Origin: Emiliania huxleyi CCMP1516 | Lineage: Eukaryota | Length of the DNA: 64,000 nucleotides | NCBI RefSeq assembly: GCF_000372725.1 | Contig: NW_005201792.1 | Coordinates: forward strand, 995,440-1,059,439 | Direction: 5' to 3' | Shown: positions 33,938 to 44,767 of the stretch, piece by piece | Layout of the letters: the number at the start of each line of letters is the position of its first letter | Numbering within the stretch: position 1 is the first letter of the stretch | The notes under the pieces: generated by a model | What the model was told of the DNA's origin: nothing | Databases searched by the model: none | Seen by the model: the letters and a program-made list of their open reading frames with translations, nothing else | Made by a program: the position numbers and the translations under genes

Positions 33938-34275
33938 TTGGAGCACTTGGAGTGCAGTCGGTAACCGCACATCCAGGGCCGGGGAGCTAAGAAGCGCACC
34001 CAGCGGGCCGGATGATTGGCATCGGGCTACGGGCTAGAGAGCCCTGACCCCTAGGGGGGGTGCGCGGTCGCAGGGCCATAACACGGGTCTCCGAGGGTTA
34101 GTTCTGCGCTCCTCCGGGTTTCCCCCAGCGGCGGAATTTTTCCCTCGCGCTGTGGGTCCCCCTAGCTGCGGAACGCCCCCTCTACTCGGAGCTAAAGAAT
34201 ACTCTCCGAGGGTTGGTTCCGTGTACCAGGTTTTCCCTTAACTGCAGAACGCCCCCTCTACTCGGTCGGAGCTAG
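33938..34275 (-). mobile_element. Structured SINE-like element (TTGGAGCAC family) with partial internal duplication; strand inferred
   Basis: Shares sequence with 34294-34402, 35351-35583, 41065-41323 and partially 21237-21330. Confidence 0.75.
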
Positions 34276-34293
34276 TGATACGAGAATACGTAC

Positions 34294-34402
34294 CTTGGAG
34301 CACTTGGAGTGCAGTCGGTAACCGCACATCCAGGGCCGGGGGGCTAAGAAGCACACCCAGCGGGCCGGATGATTGGCATCGGGCTACGGGCTAGAGAGCC
34401 CT
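34294..34402 (-). mobile_element. SINE-like element copy interrupted by nested insertions
   Basis: Breaks at GAGAGCCCT and resumes as AGCCCTGACC at 35331. Confidence 0.7.
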
Positions 34403-34500
34403 AAAGAAAGAAATAAAACGGACACACCAAACAAGGGGTGGGAGAAGGACAGGGTCCCCACCTGCGCGAGCAGGATCTTGTAAGGACGATCAGGGAGCTA

Positions 34501-34869
34501 AAAAAGAAAGAAAGAAAACAGACACGCCAAACGAGGGATGGGACGAGGACAGGGTCCCCACCTGCACGAGCAGGATTTTGGAAGGACGATCAGGGGGACA
34601 GGTGGGCTCTCCTGCTCCTGACAAGGGACACGACAGGCTCGCAGCGCGGTGCGCGGTGGACTCCCACATCCACTGGCGGTCTCATCTCAGTCTAGCGACC
34701 TGCCTCCAGCTTGTCGCTGGCAGTCTCTCGCTACCACACAGGCACACTGACACAGGGGTGGCAGGGGCGGCGGCACGAGTCTCCCACATACTATGCGGGC
34801 CTCACTAGAGGTGCGGCCTGTGCGTGTCCTCGCCCTTGAGGGGGGAGGGGAAGGGGCTGTGTGTCTGTG

Positions 34870-34956
<87 letters not shown>

Positions 34957-35317
34957 GCGTGTGGAGCCGCCCTGAACGCCACGAGCGCGTAGCGCGGGCG
35001 AGCGCCGTCGGCAGCGCGCGACCGCCACCCAAAAGCGGAGGTACATTAGGAGCCGCAGCCGGCCTGCTCTATCAGCCCCGCAGCCGCGGTGGCGCGACCG
35101 GACCGCGGTCGCTCCAGGCGCCTTTTGGCCCCGGTTCGAATCGCGGTTGGCGCGCGCCCTCGCGGAGCGACGCGTGGCGCGCGACGCGCGCGCGTGCGCG
35201 TGCGCGCCCAGCCGAGCCCTAGGCCGTATGCCGTCTGCCGTCTGCCGACGGCCGTCGGCCGTCGGCCGTCGGCCATCGGCCGTCGGCCGTCGGCCGCCGC
35301 CGCCGCCGTAGCGGCGG
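34501..35317 (-). mobile_element. Non-coding retroposed insertion carrying (GT)n and CCGTCGG repeats
   Basis: 14-bp direct repeat CGATCAGGGAGCTA at 34487-34500 and 35318-35331; (GAAA)n tail at left end. Confidence 0.65.
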
Positions 35318-35350
35318 CGATCAGGGAGCTAGCCCTGACCCGGGCCGCAC

Positions 35351-35583
35351 TTGGAGCACTTGGAGTGCAGTCATCAACCTCACATCAGGGCCGGGGAGCT
35401 GAGAAGCGCACCCAGCGAGCCGGATGATCGGCATCGGGCTACGGGCTAGAGAGCCCTGACCCCTAGCTAGGGGGGGTGCGCATTCGCAGGGCAAGGGCCT
35501 TAAAGTAAACACGGGTCTCCGAGGGTTAGTTCCGTGTACCGGGTTTCCCCTTAACTGCAGAACGCCCCCTCTACTCGGAGCTA
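35351..35583 (-). mobile_element. Structured SINE-like element, full-length copy
   Basis: Runs TTGGAGCACTTGGAG...CTCTACTCGGAGCTA like the other copies. Confidence 0.8.
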
Positions 35584-35959
35584 ACGGACACACAACACTG
35601 TACTCCACGCACGTACACGGACATCCCTCATGTGCGCCCGCCCGACTCCGGTCCCAGGGTCCCTTCCTTCGCCCGTCAGGGCGAGCCCTCGGCTCGTCCC
35701 GGTCCCTTGCTCGCCTTCCGGGCGTTACCAGACTGCCTCTGTAGCCGTTTCTGATGCCTCTTCCTCGGCTGAGGCCTCGACTCCGCTTCGCCTTCGACTG
35801 GTACCGCAGCCTCCGAGAGCGTCGACGGCCCGGCCGGGGTCGCCCCGGGCGAGGACGGCGGCATTGGATCGTGTCGCCACCCCTCGCAGGGAGGTCGGGC
35901 GAAAAAATTCTTTTCGCGCCTAAGGAAGCGGCGACGGGAGAAGCGTCTCTGTCGACGCC

Positions 35960-36916
35960 ATGGCAGCGGCAGCGATCGTCGGCTGGTGGGCCTCCCGCGC
36001 GAACACCTCGGCGACCGAGGACGGCGCGGCCGCCGCGGCGGCTGCGGCGGAGAGCTCATACGCCTACGAGGTGCCGGGCCGGCCTGGTGCCGCCGCAGCA
36101 TTCTACCCTCAGTGCTCCGGCTGCTTCAGCGACTGCACCGCCAAGACGCTGAACGACGAGGTCGTGCAGCTGGGGTGCTGGGACATCTGCTGCGTCGAGC
36201 GCGCGGCCTCGGGCCTCGAGGCTTCGGGGCTCGGGCTCGGCGTCAACGCACTCACAGGCAGCATAGGGCTGGCGGGCGCAGCGTCCACGACGCTGCTTCC
36301 GGGCGCAGCGCTAGTGAACGGGCTCGCCCAGGCGGGAGGACCGCTCGCGCAGATGAACCCGCTCGCACGGCCGTGCCCCGGATTCGAGGCCACGTCCCGC
36401 TCCTGCCAGAGCGCCTGCATCTCTTCCTACATGGCGGTCGCCTGGAACGGCTGCTGGGACCACTGCTGCACCGCTCCGCCGTCGCCGCCGCAGCCGCCCT
36501 CGCCGCCGCCGGCGGCGCCGCCGCCTCCGCCAACGCCTCCTCCGCCGCCCTCCCAGCCGTGGCCGCCCTTTGCACCCGCCATTGACCTCGCGGACGTGCA
36601 GTGGGCCGTCTCCTCCGGCTTCAGCTCGGCGAGCAGCCTCGTCAACAGCAGCACCAACATCGGGTCCGGGCTTGGCGAGGCTGCCATCGGCACGCTCTCA
36701 AACTACGACTGGAGCTTCTGGGGCGCGCGCCGCGACGCCGCCGGCTCGCTCGCGGCGGAGGAGCGGCCCGCCTCTCGAGCGGAGGTCGAGGTACGGGCGC
36801 AGACGGCCGCCGCGGCGTGCGCCCTGCTTGCGGTCGCTGCGCTCGCTGCCGCTGTGTGGCGCCGCCGCCGCCGGTTAGAGGACCCGGCGCACGCGCCGGC
36901 CGCTCTGCTGCTGTAG
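35960..36916 (+). CDS. Cys-rich, Pro-rich single-pass membrane protein
   Basis: Two CxxxC...GCWDxCC modules, PPSPP stalk, TM ACALLAVAALAAAVW followed by RRRRRR. Confidence 0.7.
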   Translation: MAAAAIVGWWASRANTSATEDGAAAAAAAAESSYAYEVPGRPGAAAAFYPQCSGCFSDCTAKTLNDEVVQLGCWDICCVERAASGLEASGLGLGVNALTGSIGLAGAASTTLLPGAALVNGLAQAGGPLAQMNPLARPCPGFEATSRSCQSACISSYMAVAWNGCWDHCCTAPPSPPQPPSPPPAAPPPPPTPPPPPSQPWPPFAPAIDLADVQWAVSSGFSSASSLVNSSTNIGSGLGEAAIGTLSNYDWSFWGARRDAAGSLAAEERPASRAEVEVRAQTAAAACALLAVAALAAAVWRRRRRLEDPAHAPAALLL

Positions 36917-37438
36917 CGGCGACCCGACGAATGTCGAACGATGGCACATCTTGGCACCGCTGCACACCTCCGCGTGCGGCGTGCGGTGTAAGTCAGAGAG
37001 TCTAAGGAGTCGCTCACGCTGTCGGCTGTTGCTCCGCGTTTCCTATGTGTTCATCAAAACCTTTGTCCTTTCCAATTTTCACGCTATCTCCTATCAGTCC
37101 TATCAGCTATCACTTTAAATAACAAATAAGACTTTATGTGAGACCTATACCGTTGACGTGTTGTCTGTTGAGACTTGACGATCCTCCCGAGTCTCTCTCT
37201 CTGAACGACTCCTAGTCGTAGTCCTACCGCTTCAACATTCAAAAAGAAAAACACAAAACACACTCTCTCCGCTACTCTCACGCACGACGCACGTACGTAC
37301 TCTCTACTCTTCTCTCCGCTTCTCTCCGCTACCTTCGCTGCTACGACCTACGCCTACGCACTACGGGCGCCCCCTACGCCTACCTTGTACCTAGTTGGAG
37401 CAAAAAAAGAAATAAAGGACACAATCCAGGGGAATGCT

Positions 37439-37512
37439 AAAGAAAGAAAGAAAACAGGCTCGCGGGAGGGATGGGAGGTAGGGAGGACGGCACGCCGCCA
37501 CCACACAGGGAT
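37439..37512 (-). mobile_element. LINE 3'-tail fragment
   Basis: Reverse complement of LINE 3' UTR (ATCCCTGTGTGGTGGCGGCGTGCCGTCCTCCC...TTTCTTTC). Confidence 0.6.
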
Positions 37513-37638
37513 GCGCCATGCTAAATAAATAAAGAGAGCAGTCATCTCCAGGAGAGATGGGCGACGCTCCGCCGGCAGCGATCTGATTTTTCTTAGCTCG
37601 CCTGGAGGCTCTTGGAGATCCGTGCACCGGCGAGAACA

Positions 37639-38239
37639 ATGGTGCGCTGCTCTTGCTTGGTGCTTGCGCTCGTCGTTGGTGCGGTTTCGGCGCTGGTTGT
37701 GGCCCCCACCACCGTGTCGTCCAGCGCGCGCGTCGCTGCCGGCCCCGTCATGGCCTGCAACGGCGGCAAGGGCGGCAACGGCGGCAAGAATCCACCAAAG
37801 GACAAGACTGTCTATCGCCCCAAGCTGTCCAAGCTTATCCAGCGCGCAGACTCGGCGGAGAGCGTCAAGGCACAACCCCGCCGCCAACCCACCCGGTCAT
37901 CGTCTCGTCGTCGCCGCTCCCCCCTCTGCCAAGCCCTCTGCCCCAGCCGCCTCTGCTGAGGGCCGCCCGCCTCTCCGTCGGCGCAGTCGGTGCTGCTCAC
38001 CGCTCAGACCGAGGCGATGCTGCTCAAGATGAACTGGAAGTACCGCCGAGCTGCCGCGCACCAGGTCCGCAAGCGGGCTGCTCAGGCGAGCGCCTCGTGA
38101 CCGGTCCGCACCCACGCGCCCCACCCACTCACCCGTGCTTGCTGCACCTCAGTTTGGTGTGGAGGTCCCGGGCAACTTCGCCGCGTTCAACGTGCGGCCG
38201 CGCAACGCGAAGAAGCACCTGCTCGTCCCGTCGATGTGA
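37639..38239 (+). CDS. Small basic protein with bipartite (signal plus transit) plastid-targeting-like presequence, 3 exons
   Basis: MVRCSCLVLALVVGAVSALVVAPTTVSSSARVAAGPVM; GC-AG introns 37870-37986 and 38086-38152 keep the frame open. Confidence 0.7.
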
Positions 38240-38450
38240 TATCCTCCTGTTCAGTTGTGCCGCTCCTTTATGTACACCACGCCGCTCTTGCGTCTTGGCT
38301 CGGCGGCGGCTGAGCCGCCCCGTGGCTGTGCTTCCAGAGAGTGGCTTAGTGGCTTTGAACCGGCCGTTCGTCGACCATGGATTTTCTGTACGAAACACAC
38401 GATGAGCGCCGGCGCACCAGCGCGACACAACGAAAAACGTCCGCGACCAG

Positions 38451-38900
38451 CCCTGCCCTAGCGAAAATTTTTCACAATATCGTATTTAATTCAATATGCA
38501 ATATCGCAACCGCGATACCGCGCGATATTTGGCGATAAAATGCGATAAATGGCGATGTTGTGCGATGCTCGCGATCACGCGAGCCCTTCACAGCACGCCT
38601 CAGCGACGCGCGTGAAGCGTTACACGTGTCAGTCCTGGGCGCCAAAAGTGCGAGAGAGGTGCGGGTGGGCGGCGCCGGGGCGGGAAAGCGCGACCGGAAA
38701 ACAAAGAAATGCTTCTTTCAGTCACCGTCACCGCCGCCGGGGCGAGGGCAGGGTGCGCGATATTGCGCGATATTGCGCGATATTGCGCGATATTGCGCGA
38801 TATTGCGCGATATTGCGCAATATTGCGCGATATTGCGCGATATTAGGCGATACTCGACGATCATTCACGATACACAGAAAATTTCCGCTAGAGCAGGGAT
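38451..38900. mobile_element. MITE (hAT-like) with subterminal GCGATA arrays
   Basis: 21-bp TIR with 2 mismatches (CCCTGCCCTAGCGAAAATTTT / AAAATTTCCGCTAGAGCAGGG); GCGACCAG repeated at 38443-38450 and 38901-38908; (TATTGCGCGA)n inside. Confidence 0.8.
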
Positions 38901-39268
38901 GCGACCAGAGACGATGTCGATGAAGGCCACCCGCCACCCCCAGGCTCGCCCAAGCTAGGGCGCAGGCCAGGGGGGCGCCAGGCGCGGCAGCGGGGCCTGC
39001 GGGCCTGCGGGCAGGGCCGGCGCGGACAGGGCGCGGAGGACGGAGCGTCGCGCCGGACGCCGCAACGCGGCGACGACCCCAAAGCCGTCGGTGTGCACAG
39101 TGAGGGTATCAGCTGACGCCTCACGGCTTGACGGCAGCCGCGTCCGCTCTCGGCGACGCGCCGCTCACGGCAGAGCCATGGGCCATGGAACATACATGAG
39201 GGTACAGGCCAGGTACAGGCGAGCCTCGGCGCGGCAGGCGGGCGGGAGCAAGGCAAGCGGGCGGGCCG

Positions 39269-40620
39269 CTACGCGGAACGAGGCGGCCGGCTCTCGCGGG
39301 GAGAGCGGGCGGCGAGTGCCGTGCGAGCGGGGTGTGTCAGGGTGCGCGCTGCCCAGCTGGCGAGCAGAGGGCCCACCCCAAAGTAGAGCGCCTCCCAAGT
39401 TGCGTCCTCGCTCCACCCCTGCCAGTCGTCGGCGACGTGCTGGCAGCGGCACATCCTGCCGAGGCCTGGAGAGAGAGTGTGCGGGCTCAGAGGGAGGCGG
39501 CGCCTCCCCGGTCCTCCTTTCGTCCTCCTCGCCGTCTCGCCACTTGGCGGAGAGGGAGGGAGGAGGGAGGAGGGGTGGGCGCGAGGGGGGGGGGGGAGGG
39601 GGGGAGGGGGGGAGCACCTTTGGCGGCCGAGTCGTACTCGACGCCGCGCGCCTCGTCCGCCCGCCACTGGGCGTAGTACATCGGGATGTCGACAGCGATC
39701 ATGAAGTAGACGTATGCTGCGGAGAGGAAGGCGATGGCGAGGAGGTAGCTGCGAGAGGCGGCGGCTGCCTGAGGGGAGGAGGGAGGCGCACGCGATGGTG
39801 CGGCGAGGGGGAGGGGAGGGAGGGGAGGGAGGAGGAGGAGGGGGAGGACGAGAGGGGGAGACGGAGGAGACGAGGAGGGAGGAAGAGAGGAGGAGGAGGA
39901 GGGAGGAAGCGAAGAGGGAGGAAGAGGAGAGGAGGAGAGGAGGGTGGAGTGGGAGGAGGGCGGAGGGAGGAGGGAGCCTTCCCGTCGGCCGGCTGCAGGA
40001 GGGCTGCGCAGGCTAGGGCGGTGTGGAGAGCGAAGGTGCCGCCCCAAAGGCTCTCCTCCACCACGTGCCACAGCTTGTTGTCCGAGATCTCGCCCGTCCA
40101 GCAACACGCCTGCGCGAGCACGATCGGCCACGCACACAGCCGCGCCACGGCAGGCAGCCAACGCAGGCCGAGTATGTCGAGGTGGAAGCCGCTCACTTCG
40201 GCGATGAGCGCGCCGAAGCTCACCTCCGCGCAGTTGGCGACGAGCCGGTCGAACAGGTCGCTCCCGAGCACGCGGTCTACACAGGCGAGCGCGAGCCGTG
40301 TCGGTTTAGCGCTGGTGTGCTGAGCGCTGCGCGAGTGGCGAGTCACACATGGTGTGTCAAAGAGGCACGCGTGCGGCCGCGACGACCAGCGCACCACGAA
40401 GGCACTGCGGACGAAGGCCGCGACCGAGAAGACGACAACATAGCCAAGCGCCCAAGACGGCACGGCGCCCGCCGACCTCCGAGCAAAGCGGACCGAGAGG
40501 AGCGCGTGGCACGCTGTGACCGCCGTGAGCGCGGCCCACCAGACGTAGGTGGGGTTGGCGGCGGCGAGGTTGGCGGCGGCGAGCGAAATGGTGCAGGAGG
40601 CAGTGGATGTTGGCGCGAGC
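39269..40620 (-). CDS. Multi-pass membrane protein of an uncharacterised family; start codon not found
   Basis: NPTYVWWAAL, FVRSAF, RLVANCAEVSF, AQACCW, HVVEESLW, YVYFMIAVDIPMYYAQW, WEALYFG; introns inferred. Confidence 0.65.
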
Positions 40621-40728
40621 GCGATCGGCGAAGCCGTCTGAGCGTTTTTCTGGGGTTTTGTGTTTCTTTAAAATGTTTAGCGCAGAAGAAAATTCCTCGG
40701 CGTGTACACACCAGCTTGCAGCGTTCGA

Positions 40729-41760
40729 GAGAACTACAGGTAGTGGGGAAGGCAGCCTCGATTGCCATACAGACATGGATGCGAAACAAACAACGTCAAC
40801 GACAAGAACAAGGCTAGGGCAGAGGAACGAGAGAAGAATATAGGGTGGATAAAGCGCCTGTTCACGGCATGGAGGGTGAGCCACGCTGAACGTGCTGAAC
40901 GTAGAGTCGAACGGGAGGAAGCCGGGGAAGACGACTCCGAGGAGGACGAACCAGTGGAAATCCCGCCGTCAGCTGTCACGAACACGATGCACCCGAAGGG
41001 GACCCCAGCGCCAGCATCAGCCGTGGAGATACAAGTGTCCGAAGAGAGAGTGGACCTGAGCAACTTGGAGCACTTGGAGTGCAGTCATCAACCTCACATC
41101 CAGGGCCGGGGAGCTAAGAAGCGCGCCCAGCGAGCCGGATGATCGGCATCGGGCTACGGGCTAGAGAGCCCTGACCCCTAGCTAGGGGCGGGGGTGCGCG
41201 TTCGCAGGGAAAGGGCCGTAAAGTACGGGTCTCCGAGAGGGCTCCGTGTACCGGGTTACCCCTTAAACTGCAGAACGCCCCCTCTACTCGGAGCTAGTGG
41301 ACACGGACACTACGACACCACCCGCAACGATATGACTTTTGGCGGCAAATGATAGCAGTGGGCGTCAGAAGAGTCGTCCTTGCGCGAGGAGAGCTCGATA
41401 AACTCGAGGGGCCAGGATATGCCGCGAGGAGGGTGGGCAGAGTTACGCCGAGAGGCGAGAGCAAGGGATCGGCAGGCAGCGGCGTCGTCGCAGAATGAGG
41501 CAGAGGGGAGCGAAGCGACAGAGGAAGAAGCGACAAGAGAGAGAACGACGAGAGTGGGAAGACCGCGAGGACCGAGGTGGCATCTGGCATGAAGGTCGCT
41601 GCGAGAATCGGCGAGAGACTGCGAGGAGAGATAGGAAGAGGAAGACGCCCAAGGGTGGGCGACGGCTAGCGCACCACACCCCTCTTCTTAAAATCCCTTT
41701 GTTTCGTGGCGGCGTGCCTCCTTTTTTTGGTGTCTTTTCTTTTTTGCGGCGTGCTGCGCG
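40729..41760 (+). mobile_element. Degenerate 3' copy of the RNase H LINE interrupted by a SINE-like insertion
   Basis: 40731-41064 matches 7483-7800 and 41329-41700 matches 7801-8155; frameshifted. Confidence 0.85.
41065..41323 (-). mobile_element. Structured SINE-like element inserted in the LINE copy
   Basis: Absent from the intact LINE at 7800; GCAAC repeated on both sides. Confidence 0.8.
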
Positions 41761-41858
41761 TAGTTCCACGAGGACGCTGGGGAGGCTTTCGCAGCAGCGC
41801 GATCCGCACTCTCTCCCAGTTTTGAGAGCAGCGAGAGCTCGCGCGGGCAGGTGCCGCC

Positions 41859-42350
41859 ATGCGCATCGAGACGTGCTATGTGTGCTCGGGTCCCTGCTAC
41901 CCGGGCCACGGCATCACCTTTGTGCGGAACGACGCCAAGACGTTCCGGTTCTGCCGGGGCAAGTGCCACAAGACGTTCAAAAACAAGCTCAACCCGCGCA
42001 AGCTGCGCTGGACGAAGGCCTTCCGCAGGGCCGCGGGCAAGGAGATGGCGATGGACACCTCCTTCGACTTTGAGCGCCAGCGCAACCGGCCGGTCAAGTA
42101 CGACCGCGACCTGATGAAGAAGACGGTGCGCGCGATGGAGAAGGTGCAGGCGATCAAGTCGGCGCGCGAGAAGCGGTTCTGGGACAAGCGGATGGAGAAG
42201 AACGCCGATGTCGCCAAGGAGCGCAACCTCGCCGAGGTGCAGCAGGGCCTGGACCTGCTCGTGTCTCCACTCGTGCAGCAGGACGCGCAGCTGGCGGCGC
42301 AAAAGGTGGAGGCGACGCGATCCTCGCAGAGGCAAAAGGAGAAGGCGTGA
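41859..42350 (+). CDS. RLP24: Ribosome biogenesis protein RLP24 (RSL24D1)
   Basis: MRIETCYVCSGPCYPGHGITFVRND...CHKTFK...NPRKLRWTKAFRRAAGKEM...RNRPVKYDR. Confidence 0.95.
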   Translation: MRIETCYVCSGPCYPGHGITFVRNDAKTFRFCRGKCHKTFKNKLNPRKLRWTKAFRRAAGKEMAMDTSFDFERQRNRPVKYDRDLMKKTVRAMEKVQAIKSAREKRFWDKRMEKNADVAKERNLAEVQQGLDLLVSPLVQQDAQLAAQKVEATRSSQRQKEKA

Positions 42351-42580
42351 GGCGGCGCCTCTGTGTGTACCGTTCTGATTTCCTCACGGCTTTGGGGAGA
42401 GGCGTCCGAGTATGGCGCGCCCCGCCGCCCGTGCGGCGCGTGCCGCCTGCCGCGGCCCCGCCGCGCCGCGCCCGCGGCCGCGCGCGCGCCACACACGACT
42501 CACCGCCCGCTGTAGTAATGAGGAGATCATCTCTCTCAAAAGAAAAGGGCTCAATTCTACGCACATGAGCCCGATTCACA

Positions 42581-44548
42581 TCACTCGACCATCGCGGCGA
42601 CGCCTCCATCGTACGACATGCCTGGGCCGGGGACCCCGCCTGGGACGATCCCGGCGTGCGCCCCCCCGGCTGCGGAGGAGGGTACGGCTGCGGCGGCTGC
42701 GACGGCTGCGGCGGCCCCGCCAGGCGCGGGCGCGGGCGGCGCTGCGCCGGCGGCGGCGGCAGAAATGCAGCCGCCGCCGCCGGCTGCTGCTGCTGCTGCG
42801 TGGGGCGGAGGCGGCTGGCCGACGTGCGAGTAGAGGGAGGCGCGGTAGCGCTCGTACTGGTCGCCCTGGACAAAGAGGGAGAAGGAGATCATGCGCAGCA
42901 TCTCCATCTCCAGCGAGTTGACCTGCGGGGCAGCAACCGGGGGGGGGGGGGGTTGGGGGAGGAGGCGGCGGGCCAGGGGGGGGGGGGCCTTTTGGGTTTT
43001 TGGGTTTGTGGGTTTGTGGTTGTTTGGGTTTTTTTGGGGGNNNNNNNNNNNNNNNNNNNNNNNNNNNNNNNNNNNNNNNNNNNNNNNNNNNNNNNNNNNN
43101 NNNNNNNNNNNNNNNNNNNNNNNNNNNNNNNNNNNNNNNNNNNNNNNNNNNNNNNNNNNNNNNNNNNNNNNNNNNNNNNNNNNNNNNNNNNNNNNNNNNN
43201 NNNNNNNNNNNNNNNNNNNNNNNNNNNNNNNNNNNNNNNNNNNNNNNNNNNNNNNNNNNNNNNNNNNNNNNNNNNNNNNNNNNNNNNNNNNNNNNNNNNN
43301 NNNNNNNNNNNNNNNNNNNNNNNNNNNNNNNNNNNNNNNNNNNNNNNNNNNNNNNNNNNNNNNNNNNNNNNNNNNNNNNNNNNNNNNNNNNNNNNNNNNN
43401 NNNNNNNNNNNNNNNNNNNNNNNNNNNNNNNNNNNNNNNNNNNNNNNNNNNNNNNNNNNNNNNNNNNNNNNNNNNNNNNNNNNNNNNNNNNNNNNNNNNN
43501 NNNNNNNNNNNNNNNNNNNNNNNNNNNNNNNNNNNNNNNNNNNNNNNNNNNNNNNNNNNNNNNNNNNNNNNNNNNNNNNNNNCTAGTTTTTGTGTGTGGG
43601 GGGGGGGGGGGAGGCACGGGGCCAGCATGCGAGGGGCTGCCGATGTTCAGGTGGTGTGGTGGGGGGGAGAGGGCGTGCCTGGTCGATGTAGATGAGGGCG
43701 AGGATGACCGTCTCCTCGGAGCAGCCGGCATACTTGAGGATTCTGCGTGCGGCAGGCGGGAGGAGGGCTGAGATGCAGAGGAGGAGGTGGTTGCGCGCTG
43801 CTGGGGAGGGGGCCAAGGGGGGGGGGGTGCCCTGGCTAGAGGAGGGGGGGTCGTCGCAGACGCGGCAAGCCCTCTCCCCGCACCGGCCTCGCTGCCGCCG
43901 CGGCACGGGCTCTCCCTCCCCACCGCCAAGCGCTGCCACCTTCCCCCCCCCCCCCCTCCCCTCCGCCAGCCCTCCCGCTAGCCAGGGACACAGCGGGGAC
44001 GCGCCAAGCTTTGCCGGCCTCGGCGATGCGGGCCTGGCTTCCACCGCCTCCTCTCCCTCTCGGCAGGCAGGCCAACGGCCTTGCCTCCGCCCCCCTCTCT
44101 CTCTCACACCCGCTCGCGAGTGCGGCCAGCAGCACCGGGGCGGGGGGAGCTCTTGCTGCGCACCGATCCTCCAAGTAGTTTCGCACGGTGATGGCCGGCG
44201 GCCGCGACGAGTGGAACGGGGTCACTTGCGCGGGCACCAGTGGCAGCTGCGCGAGGGACCGTGCGGCGGGTCAGGTGGCGGGCAGGGAGGACGGAGGCAC
44301 GAGTTTGTGCGGCACTGGCCATGAGTACGTGGCGAGCAGAGCGGGGAGGGGCTACGGCGAGGCGGTGCAAACCACCTGGTCGTTCCGCGCGACTAGGTCC
44401 TCCAGCAGCTTCGAGATTACTGCAGCACAGGGAGAGACGGCGGCTTTAAAAAACACGCGGATCGTGATGAGTGGTGCTCAGGATAGGACGCACCTTGTAC
44501 GATCAAGTCCGGTGTGCCGGATGAGGACGCCTCGCCGTGCTCGGCCAT
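42581..44548 (-). CDS. PHO80-like / U-type cyclin, multi-exon, spans an assembly gap
   Basis: ISKLLEDLVARND, FHSSRPPAITVRNYLEDR, ILKYAGCSEETVILALIYID, VNSLEMEMLRMISFSLFV. Confidence 0.85.
43041..43582. other. Assembly gap (N run)
   Basis: Run of N. Confidence 0.99.
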
Positions 44549-44767
44549 CTCGGCGTAGGCGGACAAGCGCGTGCGCTCGAGCAGCAGCCCCCCAGCCGTA
44601 CGGTACGGTGATGCGGGAGAGCTTTTAGTGCGGTTCACCGCGCGATTTCTTTTTATTTTTCCTTAGCAAGCGACAATCAGTTCACTTATGGGAAAGAAGA
44701 GAAGAAAGCACGCTCCAGTGTGAAACTCCCGAAGGAAGAGCGGTTCCGCGAGCGACCGACAAAGCCA

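Noticed and set aside
33938..34275. tRNA gene or hammerhead ribozyme in the SINE-like repeat
   Set aside because: No B box or cloverleaf, and no CUGANGA plus GAAA core found by eye.
34791..35046. HT- or VC-repeat proteins (also near 4335 and 21053)
   Set aside because: Translations of (CA/GT)n microsatellites.
41859..42350. Cytosolic ribosomal protein eL24
   Set aside because: The MRIxxCxxC/YPGHG pattern and AGKEM...RNxPVKY segment fit the paralog RLP24.
42576..43929. Long ORFs containing X runs
   Set aside because: Artefacts of translating through the N gap.
44688..44723. Upstream ATG as the OTU start
   Set aside because: Reads MGKKRRKHAPV then stop; at most a uORF.
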